Positions 13,205 through 27,702 of a stretch of DNA of 64,000 nucleotides are shown here, in pieces. The notes under the pieces were generated by a model that saw only the letters and a list, made by a program, of their open reading frames with translations, was not told the origin of the DNA and made no database searches. The stretch is from Eledone cirrhosa (lineage: Eukaryota). The DNA is taken from assembly GCA_964016885.1 (NCBI GenBank), contig OZ024741.1, forward strand, positions 383,966,001 to 384,030,000. Direction: 5' to 3'. How positions within the stretch are numbered: the first letter of the stretch is position 1; every line of letters begins with the position of its first letter. Position numbers and translations under genes: made by a program.

Positions 13205-13427
13205 ATAAGGAAAAAAGATGAAATCGAAAATGCAACTGGAGTCTTTTTTTTTTTTTTTTAAATATATATTTATTTGGTTCCTTTACCGGTTTTGCAGTGA
13301 GAACTTTACCGGTTTCACTACTCTTGAAAAGCAGAAGAATTGCGAAACCGGTAAAGGAACCAAATAAATATATTTAAAAAAAAAAAAAGACTCCAGCTGC
13401 ATTTTCGATTTCATCTTTTGTCCTTAT
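13205..13427. repeat. fold-back inverted repeat with hammerhead-like motif at 13321-13357(+)
   Basis: Arms of about 90 bp. The + strand reads TTGAAAA GCA-GAAGAAT-TGC GAAA CCGG TA. Confidence 0.75.
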
Positions 13428-14339
13428 TATCATCATCATCATCATCATCACCGTTTTACGTCCATTCTTCCACGCTAGCATGGGTTAGACGTCGGCTGAC
13501 CTTGTCTTGCTCATACGGGAATCAGTGCATCAAATTAAAATACCTTTTGGTATTTCACTGTTATGTTATCAGTGAACTTTGCCTTATGTCTTCCTCTGAG
13601 GATAATAGAATAAGGAATAGACAAATGACTAAAGTTCATATAATCAACTGTAACCATTGAAGATGTTGCTCAAACCCTAAATGTAGTCCAAACCCTAAAT
13701 GCAGTAAAAATATATATATGTAAGTTGACAATTGCCTTGTAAGTAAAATTTGGTTGATAGAATCTGTATGGAATCCCATTGTATAAGCATATGTTTATAT
13801 GTCAGTGTGTGTGTGTGTGTATACGTAATGTACCTGTTTTTTTGTATACCAGCATAAATTGGTAGGAATTCCTTTAGATTTTCACTCATAAACAGGAGGT
13901 AAATCCTTAAAAGGACATAGTAAAGGTGAATTTAGCCATTTGATAAATAAAGATTAATAAAATGAATGCTAGGCAAAATTTTAATATGTGATATAATTAA
14001 CTAAAACCACAGGATGTAGAGCACTAGCATGAGGATTCTCTGATTACTGAAAGGAGTAAAAGAATAAAATGCATCCAGTACACTCTGCAAGTGGTAGTAC
14101 TGTTACCACAATAAATGCACCCAGTACACTTTGTAAGTGGTAGTGCTGGTACTATGATGTTCAACAACTACAATTTGTAGAGTGGTTGACACTAACAAGG
14201 ACATCTAGCTTTAGAAACCATGCCAAAATGGAACATATGAGCATGATGGGTTCACTGACCCATTTAGAATGGGACAATCTCTCCAACCCATGCCAGCATA
14301 GAAAATGAACATAAAATTATGAAGATGATGATGATAGTA

Positions 14340-14527
14340 ATAATTGTTTCTACTTTAGGCACAAGGCCAACAATCACCCAGTACATTACTGGTACTTTAT
14401 TTTATCGACCCCGTAAGGATGAAAGGCAAAGTCAACCTCGGCGGGATTTGAACTCAGATCGTAAAGGGATGTAACTATGCTGGAAAGCATGGCGTCCGAC
14501 CCTCTACTGATACTGCCAATCCACCGA
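14340..14527 (-). mobile_element. SINE family 1
   Basis: Reverse complement of the 8839 unit. Confidence 0.85.
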
Positions 14528-16097
14528 TGATGATAGTAATAATGATGGTGATTATTATTATTATTATATTATGATGATGATGATGATGATCACCATCACC
14601 ATCACCATCAATATCATCATCATCGTCATCGAAATACAATGAAATGTCAACTGCAGGGCAAATGAATATAGCAATTATTAATCCATAATAAATATAAATA
14701 GACAATGATATACATACAATACAGTACTAAATACAGTAATAATACAATAATTGCTGTAATGACAGAGTTACTGAAATCATGTGTTGAGGTATATTGTTGC
14801 ATTATCATTCTCATTTATCAGTTGCATTTCATTTCATTTATTCCAACATTATTTAATTACTTCATTCATGTGATTGTATACACTCCTTTAAATAAGGCAT
14901 TCTTATAAAAAGTACACTATTTTATCTTGTTTTAAATTGTGTCACATTCTTTTGACATATTATCAGCTTCATTTTATCAACTACAATCTGGTCACTGATA
15001 CTCCATTCAGCTGCATTTCAGATCAGGTACAATAGAAAAAATATGTAAATCAGGATCAGTTAAACAAAATTTGTGTGTCACTTCAAGAGATATACCAATA
15101 GATATGTACCATTGGGCAAGCCTTTATATAGTCATATATGCTAGAAATAGCCCCCATTTTTATTTTCACAAAATACATTCTACCATATTGAAATAGGAAT
15201 GATATGTTTAGTGAATGTAGTCCAGAATATGTAAATGTATGGGATGGTGATAGCTGGAATGTTTTTGAACTTAGGTCTGATCAATCAAGACTCACCTGAA
15301 GCTAAACAAAAATATTTTGGGTGATAAATTACCAGCCCAGCCCAAACTGGTTCTATAAAATAAAACTACCTGTTGTTAAAGGATTCTATCCAACATAATC
15401 TTATATAAGAATCAAATGTTAAATTAATATCTTAGTAATGAAAATGATAAGATATTAACTTAAGTGATGGTAGATTAGCAGAATTGGAAGAGCGTCTGAT
15501 AAAATGCCATTGTAATATTTGTTCCAGCTCTTTACATTCCGGGTTCAAATCCGACTGAGGTCAACTTTGCCTTTCATCTTCCCTAAGATGATATAATAAA
15601 GTACCAGTTAATTACAGAAGTTGATTTATTCAACTTTTCCCATCACCCAATTTTACCTTGTGTCTGAATTAGAAATTAAAATTTTAGTAATGAAATAATT
15701 AGTAATTTTAATAAATCTGACAAACTTCTTCATTAATTAAATGAAATGGTATATAAACATTCCCATTTGGCTCTGGAATACTCTTAGGGCTGTTCATTCT
15801 GCTGCAGTCATTTGTACTAGGTCCCTGGTCTCAGGATAACTTCCTCCCTTCTCTGTACTACTCACAAAGGCCCTGGAGACATTACATAACAACAACTGGT
15901 TGAGATATATACGTCATGTTCCTGCAAGCTCCAATAACAATTAAATGTGACATTCTATCTGATAAAAGTTATCTCTTGAATAAATATTCATAAACATTCC
16001 TAATACTAAATGTATATTTTCCTTGAAAAAGGCTTATTTTGTGAGCTGTTTCTTTCTTATCTTCAATATTACCACTCTGGCTTGGGTTTCACACATT

Positions 16098-16356
16098 TTA
16101 ACCCTTTTTGATACCAAATCACATAAAACTGCCCCTGATTTTAAGATATAAAGCATTTGTTTTAAGTGCTCAAATTTATTTAAAGCCTTTCATCATAATT
16201 TCATGTTAAAACCTTTATTTAGTTATGCTCCGAACAGCTTTATTTTGAGAAACGTTGTTATATTACTAGATACCACCAAATTCTTGATTATTTTCAAAGA
16301 TATTTGAAAATAATAGGCAGTGTCTTTTATTAGAAATATGGTAACAAAAGGATTAA
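16098..16356. mobile_element. piggyBac-like MITE
   Basis: TTAA|CCCTTTTTGATACC ... GGTAACAAAAGGA|TTAA. Confidence 0.6.
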
Positions 16357-16906
16357 ATGTTATGCTTAATTTAGCCAAATTAGGTACCAGTTGAACAATG
16401 GGGTCAATTCTTCTTCTTCTCTCTTTCTCACTCTTTCTCGCTCTCTTTCTCTCACACACTCTGGAAGAAATTACTTGTAGTCAAACTAGGAGAGGGATAT
16501 GCGCAGCCAGATTTTAAATACTCAAGGCAGCCTCCCCTACGACTCCATTAGAGATTAAGGTTTCAAGTGCTCATTGATAGTTATACATTCATCACCATCT
16601 TCATCATTTTACCTATTTTGGATGGATCATCATGCTCTGAGATTAGAGGATTGACCGAAGGCTACAGTAGAGTATAGGACTGTGTATTTTATTATAGAAA
16701 TGACTTTTATAGGACTAGAGCTGTTTCTTGGTGATTTTTTTTTTATGAATGAAACAGTTCAAGTCATGTAGAAGTCATTTATACATATATATATATAGAG
16801 AGAGAGAAAGAGATAGAGAAGGAGGTGTAAGAAAAACAACACTAAGTTCTGCTTCATCTTTGTTTATATTATGTTGAGTTTTATTAAACCCCTTTTGTAC
16901 ACGTTT

Positions 16907-19905
16907 CATCATCATCATCATCATCATCATCACCGTTTTACATCCGTTCTTCCACGCTAGCATGGGTTAGACGGGTTGTCCTGTTGTGGGCAGTGTCTGG
17001 TCGGCTGACCATGCCTTGCTCATACAGGAACTGATCTGGCTTGATTTCTACAGCTGGATGCCCTTCCTAACACCAACCTCATTTACAGTGAGTGCTGGGT
17101 GCTTTTTCGTGGCGCCTACACGTCCACTTTACAGTGTGGGCTGGGTGCTTTTTTGCCGTGGCACCTCCACGGCCACCTTGCGGTGGGGGGGGGGCATATT
17201 GTTTATATGCTTCAGCATGTACCCATGGGAGGTCGGGTACCCTGTATTACTGCGTGACGCCAGAAGTCACGGTCGTGTGTCATTGACTTTGAGAGGTGTA
17301 GTTGGGTAAGGTCGGCTTTTATCACCTCATCCCAAGTCATCTTGGGTCTCCCCACTCCGCGGTTTCCATCAACTTCTAGTGCTCTGCACCTTTTTATGCA
17401 GCTGTCATCCTTCATACGCATCACATGTCCATACCAGCGTAACCGCCTCTCCTGCACGCAGCATTTGATTCCTCTTATGCTCAGTCTCTCTCTCAATTCC
17501 TTTATGCTTTGTCGTTCACGTATATTACTGTTACACATCCATCGGAGCATGCAGGCTTCGTTTCTCTCTAATCTACGTAAGTCTTCCACCTTCAGCACCC
17601 AGGTCTCACTACCATGCAACATCGCTGTTCGGATACACGCATCATACAGTCTGCCTTTCATTCTGAGGGAGAAGCCTTTTGCAGCTAGCAGTGGTAGTAG
17701 TTCCCTAAACTTCTTCCATCCCATTCTTACCCTAGTTATTGTACTTTCTGAGCACCCACCTCCGTTGCTAATTCGGTCACCTAGGTAGCAGAAGCTGTCT
17801 ACTGTTTCTACAGGGCCCTCCCAGAGATTGGTGGTACTTGTTTCCTGTGGCTGTTTGCTTGCTGTTTCAGCACAGCTGCTGCATGTGAATCCTACATTCT
17901 TAATTAAGCTTCCTGAGATCCCGCTACATCTCTTGTGTACCCATTGTTTGCATTTGGGGCAGAGAATGGAGTTCCTACCTACACCTTTCCTACATACTGA
18001 GCAAGGCCATTTCCCTGAGGGGATCTGGGTTCTGTTTTCTCGTCTACTTACAAGGACCTTAGTCTTTGTCATGTTGACTTTGAGGCCCTTTCTCTCTAGT
18101 CCCTGCTTCCAGGTTTGGAATTTATTCTCTAGTTCTACCATAGATTCAGCTATGAGTGCGAGGTCATCAGCATACAGGAGTTCCCATGGGCATCCGGTCT
18201 TAAACTCCTCCGTTATTGCCTGCAGGACTATGATGAACAGGAGAGGGCTAAGAACAGAGCCCTGGTGGACCCCAACCTATACGCTAAATTCCTCGCTATA
18301 CTCATTGCCAATCCTAACTTTGCTGACTGCTCCCCTATACATGGCTTGTACCGCTTTCACAAGCCATTCATCTACTCCTAGTTTTCTAAGAGCCCACCAG
18401 ATTACTGCACGTGGAACTCTGTCAAAGGCTTTCTCAAGGTCGACAAATGCCAAGTAGAGTGGCTTACTTTTAGCTAGGTACTTTTCCTGTAATTGCCTCA
18501 CAAGGAAGAGGGCATCAGTGGTGCCTTTCCCTGGTACAAACCCAAATTGCATCTCGTCTATATTCACCCGGTCCCTAATCAGCTGTGCTATAACTCTTTC
18601 TGTTACTTTCATGACCTGGTCCATCAACTTTATACCTCTATAGTTTCCTCTATCTAGTGCATCGCCTTTACCTTTGTAGCAGTTGACAATGATGCTACTG
18701 CACCAATCTTTTGGTATGGCCCCCTCTAGTATTACCTGGTTAACGATACGTGTGGTTATAGTGTGACCTACAGACCCAGATGCCTTCAGCATCTCGGCAG
18801 CTATACCCGATGGACCGGTTGCCTTCCCTATCTTCATATCTCTGATTGCCTTACTTACTACGCTGCCGCTGACTTGTACTGCTGGTCCCTCTATAGGGTC
18901 TACGTGGGGTAGGGTCTCTTCTTCCCATGCATTCTCCTCATTTAGTAATCTATCATAATGACTCTTCCATGCATCTTTCTTCTCAGCACTTGTGAGGGCA
19001 AGCTCACCTTTATCATTCCGGATACACTTCTCTCCAATGACATCACAACTATCTCTGACACACTGCCTCGCAATCTTGAATGCCTCCTGTTTCTGGTCCT
19101 CACGTTGTAAAACATGCTAGAATTTTCTATCCTCTGCTTCCCTCCTAGCTAAGTATACTTGTTGCCTAGCTTCCCTCTTGGTCTCTATGTAATGTACCCT
19201 GCTCCCCCCGTTCTTCCATTCTTTCCATGCCTGTCTCTTGGCCTTGACTGCTTCATCTACCTTATTGTTCCACCACCAAGTCACTCTCCTCCTGCTTGAG
19301 GTCTTACTCCAGCCACAAACCTCATCCGTCGCCTCTAGTAAGTTATTTTTTAGGAACTCCCAGTTCTCTTCTACGTTAAATGTCTCTATCTGTTCTTCTT
19401 TACTGTCGTAGGTTGAGGGGACTTTACTGTTACTGGTTGAGGGGACTTTCAGCTTCCAGATCTTTCTTCTCCAAGTTGGCCTCTGTTTCAGGGCTCGTCT
19501 AGTTCTGACCGTGAGGTCGCTGACAACTAAGCTATGTTGGGATGTACATTCCTCACTAGGGAAGGCTTTTGTGTTTACGACCGTCCATCTGTCACGTCCT
19601 CTGATGAGGATAAAATCTAACTGACTAGAGTGCTCCCCTGATCTATAGGTGATCAGGTGGTTGTCGGGTTTTTTAAAGTTTGTGTTACATATCGACATGT
19701 CATTGGCGTCGCAGAATTCTAGAAGTCTGAATCCTTCCTCATTCCTTGTGCCAACTCCATGGCCTCCATGTACTCTATTGAAGCCGTCGCAGTGTTTACC
19801 TACTTGTCCGTTAAAATCTCCTGCAATGATTAGGAAGTCCTTGTCGTCTGTTAGAGCAGTAGTGTGTATTAGGGACTCGTAAAACCTATCCTTAAGTTCG
19901 TCTAC
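16907..19905 (-). mobile_element. 5'-truncated RTE LINE, nearly intact ORF (APE endonuclease - RT - PHD finger)
   Basis: ORFs 19117-19698, 18277-18837 and 17212-18141 share one frame, broken by two TAG codons. Motifs IAGDFNG, FVDLEKAFDRV, HQGSVLSPLLF and YADD; (GAT)n tail. Confidence 0.95.
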
Positions 19906-20047
19906 AACGTTTGTCTACAATAATGAAAATTAATGAAAAGACTTCTATCAGTTTTGTTGATGAGTGTTCCAATTGTTCAATCAACAGGAGAGCCTTCTTG
20001 AGAAAATAATGTACAAGGGATGGAGCATTCCACCATCATATGTACCT

Positions 20048-20301
20048 TTAACCCGTTAGCATTTACCTTTAACCCTTTAGCATTTACCTTTAACCCTTTA
20101 CATTTACTATTGTATTTTCACAGTAAATACATTATTCTACATAATTATCTCACATAATATCAAATGTATGAGATTTTGATATTATTTATTTTGAGAACAA
20201 TACCTTAACATAAGTATGAGCAGCCAGTTATTGCCAGTTTTAACAGAAGGAAGAGAAAAAATTCTGGCTGCATATGACTGGTTTAAAAGCTAAAGGGTTA
20301 A
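20048..20301. mobile_element. piggyBac-like MITE with triplicated left end
   Basis: Three tandem TTAACCCTTTAGCATTTACCT-like units, then ...GCTAAAGGG|TTAA. Body matches 33354-33582. Confidence 0.7.
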
Positions 20302-21238
20302 TGTAATTCGAAGGGTGATTCAGTGGGACAAGTATGTCACAGGTCTGGTTCTTTGATTTGAATTAAATGTATGCTCTATCTGACAGGCTTCCAAACAGTT
20401 TTCATCTACCCTGTTTCATTCATAAGGCTTGAGTTCAACTATGGCTATGGTAAATGCCATGTGTCACAGGTACCTTAGTGGGTGTTAAAACTGAATGTTT
20501 TTTTATGTTAGGAAGGGCATCCGGCTGTAGAAAACCTGCCAGAAACAGTTCTGTATAAGTGACACATCATCTTCCGACCAATCTTGCTTCAAATGGGACA
20601 AAACCGTTCAACCCATGTTAGTGTAGAAGATGGACGTTAAACGATGACGATGCTGATGATGCACAGTAAATTTCTTAACCATCCGGCCCACTCTACTATA
20701 ATGGTTTCTGATTTAGGCACAAAGCCAACAATTTTTAGGAAGGAGAATTTCGATTAAATTGATCCTAGTGCATTACTGTTATTTTATTTTATCAACCCCA
20801 TAAAGGATGAAAGCATAACTAACCTTGGCATGATTTGAACTCAGAATGTTAAAGGACGTAACTATATATTGCAAAGTATGATGTCCGATGCCCTACCAAT
20901 ACTGCCAATCCACTGATCTCCATTCTACTATAATAGAAATTCTGAAGATACAGTTGTGAAAGTCTAAAACATACTTTAAGAACTCTATCATTTCAAACAA
21001 CTCCAAGGAGTTATATGAAAATGTGAAGTAAAAATACTTCATATAAAATGAAACTAGAACATAGCTGTGTTTTAATGCATGTCTAAAAGAAAAGCTGTTC
21101 CTCATGTATATGATCTTGTGGTTTCCAGTTAACTTGTAGAAATAACAAAATGAGAAGGAAAACATATCAAAGAAACATATCTAGAATGTCAACTTGCTGC
21201 ATCCACACACACACAGACACACGCACACAGAGGCACAC

Positions 21239-21284
<46 letters not shown>

Positions 21285-22690
21285 ACACACACAGAGGCAC
21301 ACACACACACACACATACACACACACAGAGGCACACACACACACACACACACATACAAAAAATAAATTATAGAGCTTAGAATTTGTAGGTTGGGTGTTGT
21401 CTTTAATTCTGTACTGTTTAAATAAGAAGATAACATCTAAAAACTCAGTAGTGAACCCTGTTTTCCTTCAATTGGGTGTTATATAGTTAATTAGATAAAC
21501 ACCTGTAAATGACTGGTACTTATCATATCAATCTTTGAGGAAAATAAGGTGAATGTCAGTCATACCAAGATTTTAATTCAAGGTGAAGAAAAAGTCTAAA
21601 GTCTGTCTTAAGCCTGGAGGCTCATTAGACCGATGCTTATCCCAGATTCTGTGGAGGAAAGTGACTGGGTATATAAGACTCCTCCCTGGACAGGATGCCA
21701 GTCCATCACAGGGTCAAACTCCCAGCTATTGCTGGTACTCATTTGCAGCTGAATATACTGGAGTATGAAATAAAGTGTTTTGCTCAAGAACACAACACAC
21801 AACCCACTCCAGGAATCAAACTCACAACATTATGATCCAAAGTCCAACATCATTACCACTAGGCCATGCACTTCCAAAGTGAAGAAGGATGAAACTAAAT
21901 ACTGTAAATCGTTTTGTTATGTGTGTACATAAATAATTTGAACCCACAGCATAGTCAAATGGTTAAGAAGTGTGCTTCATGATCACAAGGTTTTGAGTTA
22001 GATTGCACAATGTAATATCTAGCAGAAGTATCTTTTACCATAGTTTTGGCTCAACTTGAAACTTGAGAATAAAACGTGGCAGACAAAGATTGTGTGGAAG
22101 CCTGTTTGATGGATTGCATCTATAATTCAAAGTCCCAGCTTTGAGGATTACCTGAGGACTACATTAAAGATACAAGTTTTTGTGGAATACTCAGCCAATT
22201 AACACACTAACATAATCAATAGGTTGTTCAGTTGAGCAAAAAACTGGAACATCATTTGTCAACATCCGAGTGACTCACTTAGATGATTAGCTCGGTGGCA
22301 CTAGGTATACAGTCTACATTAATGAGATTATATATATTATTAAGATAGTGAATTGGCAGGGTTGTTAATCATTAGATAGAATGCTTTGTAGTACTATTTT
22401 TGGCTCTCTACTCTCTGAATTCAAATCCCACGAAGATCAATTTTGACTTTAATCCATTTAAGTTTGATGACAAAAGTACCAGTCTTCCTCTATAACTCTT
22501 TCTCACTTCCATTCTCTCCCTCTCTATCCTTCTCTAGAATAAATCTGCTGTATTCAGACCTGTTGAGGATTGGGCTCCGCCAGGTTTTAAAATGCCCTAG
22601 AAATGCTGTATGTCAATACAATACACCTATAACTCCCTGGGGAATTGTGGGACCATGCATGCAATTATATATTATGATTAAGAGCAAAAG

Positions 22691-22882
22691 GGCGGTGGAT
22701 TGGCAGTATCGGTAGAGAGTCGGACACCATGCTTTGAAGCATAGATTTATGTCCCTTTATGATCTGAGTTCAAATCCCGCCGAGGTTAACTTTGCCTTTC
22801 ATCCTTACGGGGTCGATAAAATAAAGTACCAGTAATGTACTGGATATTTGCTGGCTTGTGCCTAAAATAGAAACAATTATGA
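22691..22882 (+). mobile_element. SINE family 1
   Basis: Full unit, flanked by the direct repeat attatgattaagagcaa (probable TSD). Confidence 0.85.
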
Positions 22883-23139
22883 TTAAGAGCAAGAGATTGG
22901 TAGAATCAGTTAAGCATGAAACATAATGCTGTGTGGTATTTAGTATCACCTCTTTATATCATGACTCCTACAAAGGGATTACAGAGAGTTTCATTGGGAC
23001 ATGCGAACCCCAAATGTGAAAACCACATCAAGACATTTAAAGGAGTTCCCAAAGGAAACCCCACCAACCATGGAGGTCAAACCACCCAACCTCCACAAGC
23101 CCCTTGGAGGTAAATATACCTTTCCTATCTCATTTAGCC

Positions 23140-24800
23140 TGCCAACGTGGCTGTCTTAAGAGTAATATGTTTGAATGTTCATGGCCTGGGCTCATCCTGG
23201 AAGGTCAATAGATATGGATGTGACTCCCATCGGCGAGACCAACATTTCCAACACATGCGCACAAGCCCCCGATTTTGATGACTATCAAATCTTCACACCT
23301 CTTATTTGGCTCTGAATGGAAGGTGGGGTAGCAGTATTCTTTAGGAAAGGCCTGGAATCATCTTTCAGAACCATTTCAGATATCCTGATCTGTCTGTCAA
23401 GGGAGCCCTCTCTCCTTCCTTATGTACGTATTGGTTCATGAGCCATTACTGTGGAAGTAGGGGCTGGTGCAGGGCATCCCTCTCAAGCTGTGACATGGAA
23501 AGGCTGTGTCACCATATTCTGATGACATCACAATGATAGTGTCAAATACCTCAGATATTGAGGTGATTGGCATCTACTTGCAGGAATATTAAAGGTTGAT
23601 GAGAGCAAGACTAAACCTGGAAAAGTCAGTGGGCTTGCAGGTCAGAACCCCATCGGGTGCCGAACGGATGGACTGGTAAAGTTGCTTAGGGTCTGGTTTG
23701 AACCAGACCTCCAGGTGGTTAAGAATTGGGATGAGGTTATAACCAGGGTAGCCACTTCCACCCAGAAATGGGCTAAGTGTAGCTGTCTGTCATCTATTAC
23801 CACCTAACCGTTCTGCCTTATCCTGTTTACACCTCGCAAAACTGGAACAGCTCCTCTTCAAATTAATGTGGAGGGGACAGGTTTCCTTGGTGAGGTGATC
23901 CATCTGCTGCCAACCCCCTCTACATGGAGTGCAGGACATACTGAGGGTATGATGTGCAAATATGTGCAGAGGCTGCAGCATCTCTAGATATTCTGCCTAA
24001 ATGGTGAACAGGTGTGGTCATCATTAGTGAGACAGGCCTTTCCACAGCTCTTGAGAAGAGATCAAGATGGGGGCCTGGCATCTGGAATGTTGCCAGGCGC
24101 TCACTTCCCTCTACCAGGCAGGTATTGCGATCAGTGGAACTCCCACTCTCGAGTTCTATAGAGGATTAGTGGTAGGCAAGAGTGACCATGCAGTCAGAGA
24201 GGCTCTGGGCATTGACAATGTTGAACTGACGAGTCTGTTCTGGAGGACTTTCGAACAGGGAACTGTGGATAACTTCCAGATATCCCTCACTTGGCAGTGC
24301 TACTGGGGGGCACTGCCGGTTCGAGATGAACTCTACAAGCATGAAAGTGCTGTCAAACAGACCTACCCGAGATGTATGCAGAGCAACAACAGTATTTTGC
24401 ACACACTCGTCCAGTGTCCATGCATTACTGATTTGTGGAGTTATGTCGAACAGTTGTTGTCATGTGTAGGATGGATCTGGCTATTGACCAAGTCCATAGT
24501 GAAGATTGCCCCACCACCTTCTTTTGGCCAGGAAGGACAGGCAATTTTCCTCTAACTGGTGGCCCTAGCAAAAGAGGTTGTGTGGTGAACCAGGCTGAAA
24601 GTACTGAAGACAGACACTTCTCTCTTCAGCCAATCCCTCATCAACTGTTTCAAGTTTCACTTGGAAAAGAAGGTGAGGGTGGAGAGAAATGCTGCCCTTC
24701 AGTACATTTGCTAAAAGGTGAATGTATGTGGCGAGAATGAGCCGTGTGAATGGGCCTACTCTGAGCATGTGCTTGTAGTCTGGTTGATTTGAGGAGGGAG
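23140..24800 (+). mobile_element. decayed L1/Tx1-clade LINE
   Basis: Fragments ICLNVHGLG (APE), QGSPLSP and YSDDIT (RT), and WQCYWGALPV...PRC...HTLVQCP (C-terminal CCHC region). Confidence 0.75.
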
Positions 24801-24882
24801 GTACCCTTCATGGGTGTCCCCAAAGTGTCGGGTGATTCAGGATTGGTAGGTACTTGAGTCTCCCTTAGCGATTATTATTATA

Positions 24883-25077
24883 GGCAGTGGATTGGCAGTA
24901 TCAGTAAAGGGTCAGACACCATGCTCTGCAGCATAGAGTTATGGTCCTTTGCGGTCTGAGTTCAAATCCCACCGAGGTTAACTTCGCCTTTCATCCTTAT
25001 GGGTCGATAAAATAAAGCACCAGTAATTCACTGAAATAATTGCTGTCCTTGTGCCAAAATTAGAAGCAATTATTATT
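24883..25077 (+). mobile_element. SINE family 1
   Basis: Full unit. Further older or partial copies near 5209, 15467, 20699(-), 22345, 29628(-), 43441 and 58651. Confidence 0.85.
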
Positions 25078-25881
25078 GAAAAGCACAATTAAGTTTATTG
25101 AAAGTTACAATGTGTGTGAGGAAAGACAATTAACTAATTAAGGGGATATTATTTACTGGAATAAAATTATTAAATTTGCTAATGTAAGATTCTATTGTTA
25201 TCTTGGCAACTTTAATTTTTTAATGCATTTATGGCTTTTAAAATTATTTAAATTTATATTAAAACTATAATTAAAATTATACATTATTGCTATGAATATT
25301 TTTCACATTACTGATAATGGATGACAATCCAAAAATTCTATCTGGAATTCTTACCTTCCTGAGATAGAGGGTAAATGAAAAATGCTTGATCTTTTCTCAA
25401 AATAGAGAAACAAGAGAGAAAAGGGCTGTGTTTTATTTGAAAGTCATAGCAGTAATAAATGATGAAAATAGATAGAGGGGTATTATTTTTTAGTAGTTTG
25501 TGATTGTTGTGTGTGTGTGTGCTATTCTGCAATAAACTTACCAAAATGTACAATTGAAATGTATTCTTCAAATTTTATAAACAAAATTGGAAATATTTAT
25601 TTCTTCTATTGACACAAGAATACATATTTCTAGAGAGAGAATGTATAGTGAACTGAACTAATTTTAGTATATGATTGGTATTTATTTTATTGACCCTGAT
25701 GGGGGATGAAATCCAAAATTGCGACAGTATGGAATTGAATTCAGAACTTATGAGAATCTAAATCAACGTTGGAATGTATATATTTAGTCTCATACTCTGT
25801 TGCTTCTGTCATTCCTCTCACTTTCCACTTCCAATAAATGTCATTAATTAATATTCATATATATTACTTTCTCTTTTACAG

Positions 25882-25986
25882 AAGTGTCTCCTTCAAATGA
25901 TGGAAATTATACTTGCGAGTCACATAAAAAAGTTTCCAACAAATACCAGGTTTTTAACACAGCTGTAACAGATATTGTTGTTCTAC
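25882..25986 (+). CDS. Ig protein exon (Ig1 C-half)
   Basis: ttttacag acceptor, gtaagc donor, phase 1-1. KVSPSNDGNYTCESHKKVSNKYQVFNTAVTDIVVL supplies the DxGxYxC motif and joins the previous exon in frame. Absent from the ORF track because it is only 105 nt. Confidence 0.88.
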
Positions 25987-26355
25987 GTAAGCAGATTGTC
26001 TTTTATTCAGTATAAATATGCTTCAGGATTTAAAGTATTCAGCCAGGGAGTAAAAAAACTCATGCTGGTTTATTATTATTGTGTTTTTTTTTATTTCCAC
26101 AAGCATTACATTGTTTCCCTAGATTCAAATATCACATCATGCTATTAATCCAATAGTTTCTTTAAGGGAATAATTACATCTAGGTAAAGTGGGGTGTTCT
26201 ATTCATACAATTCTTAGAAAATATAATAGTATTACTTACTGACATACCCATCTATGACAGGAAAACAAAACAAATGTAGAAGATTGAATATTTGCACACA
26301 GCTTTGAAATTATAAATGTTACATATTCTAACTTTTATGCTGTTATAGTGTCTAT

Positions 26356-27702
<1,347 letters not shown>

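Noticed and set aside
17342-18457. Plus-strand ORFs of 148 and 209 aa (also 12256-12852)
   Set aside because: Antisense shadows of the RTE reverse-transcriptase frame.
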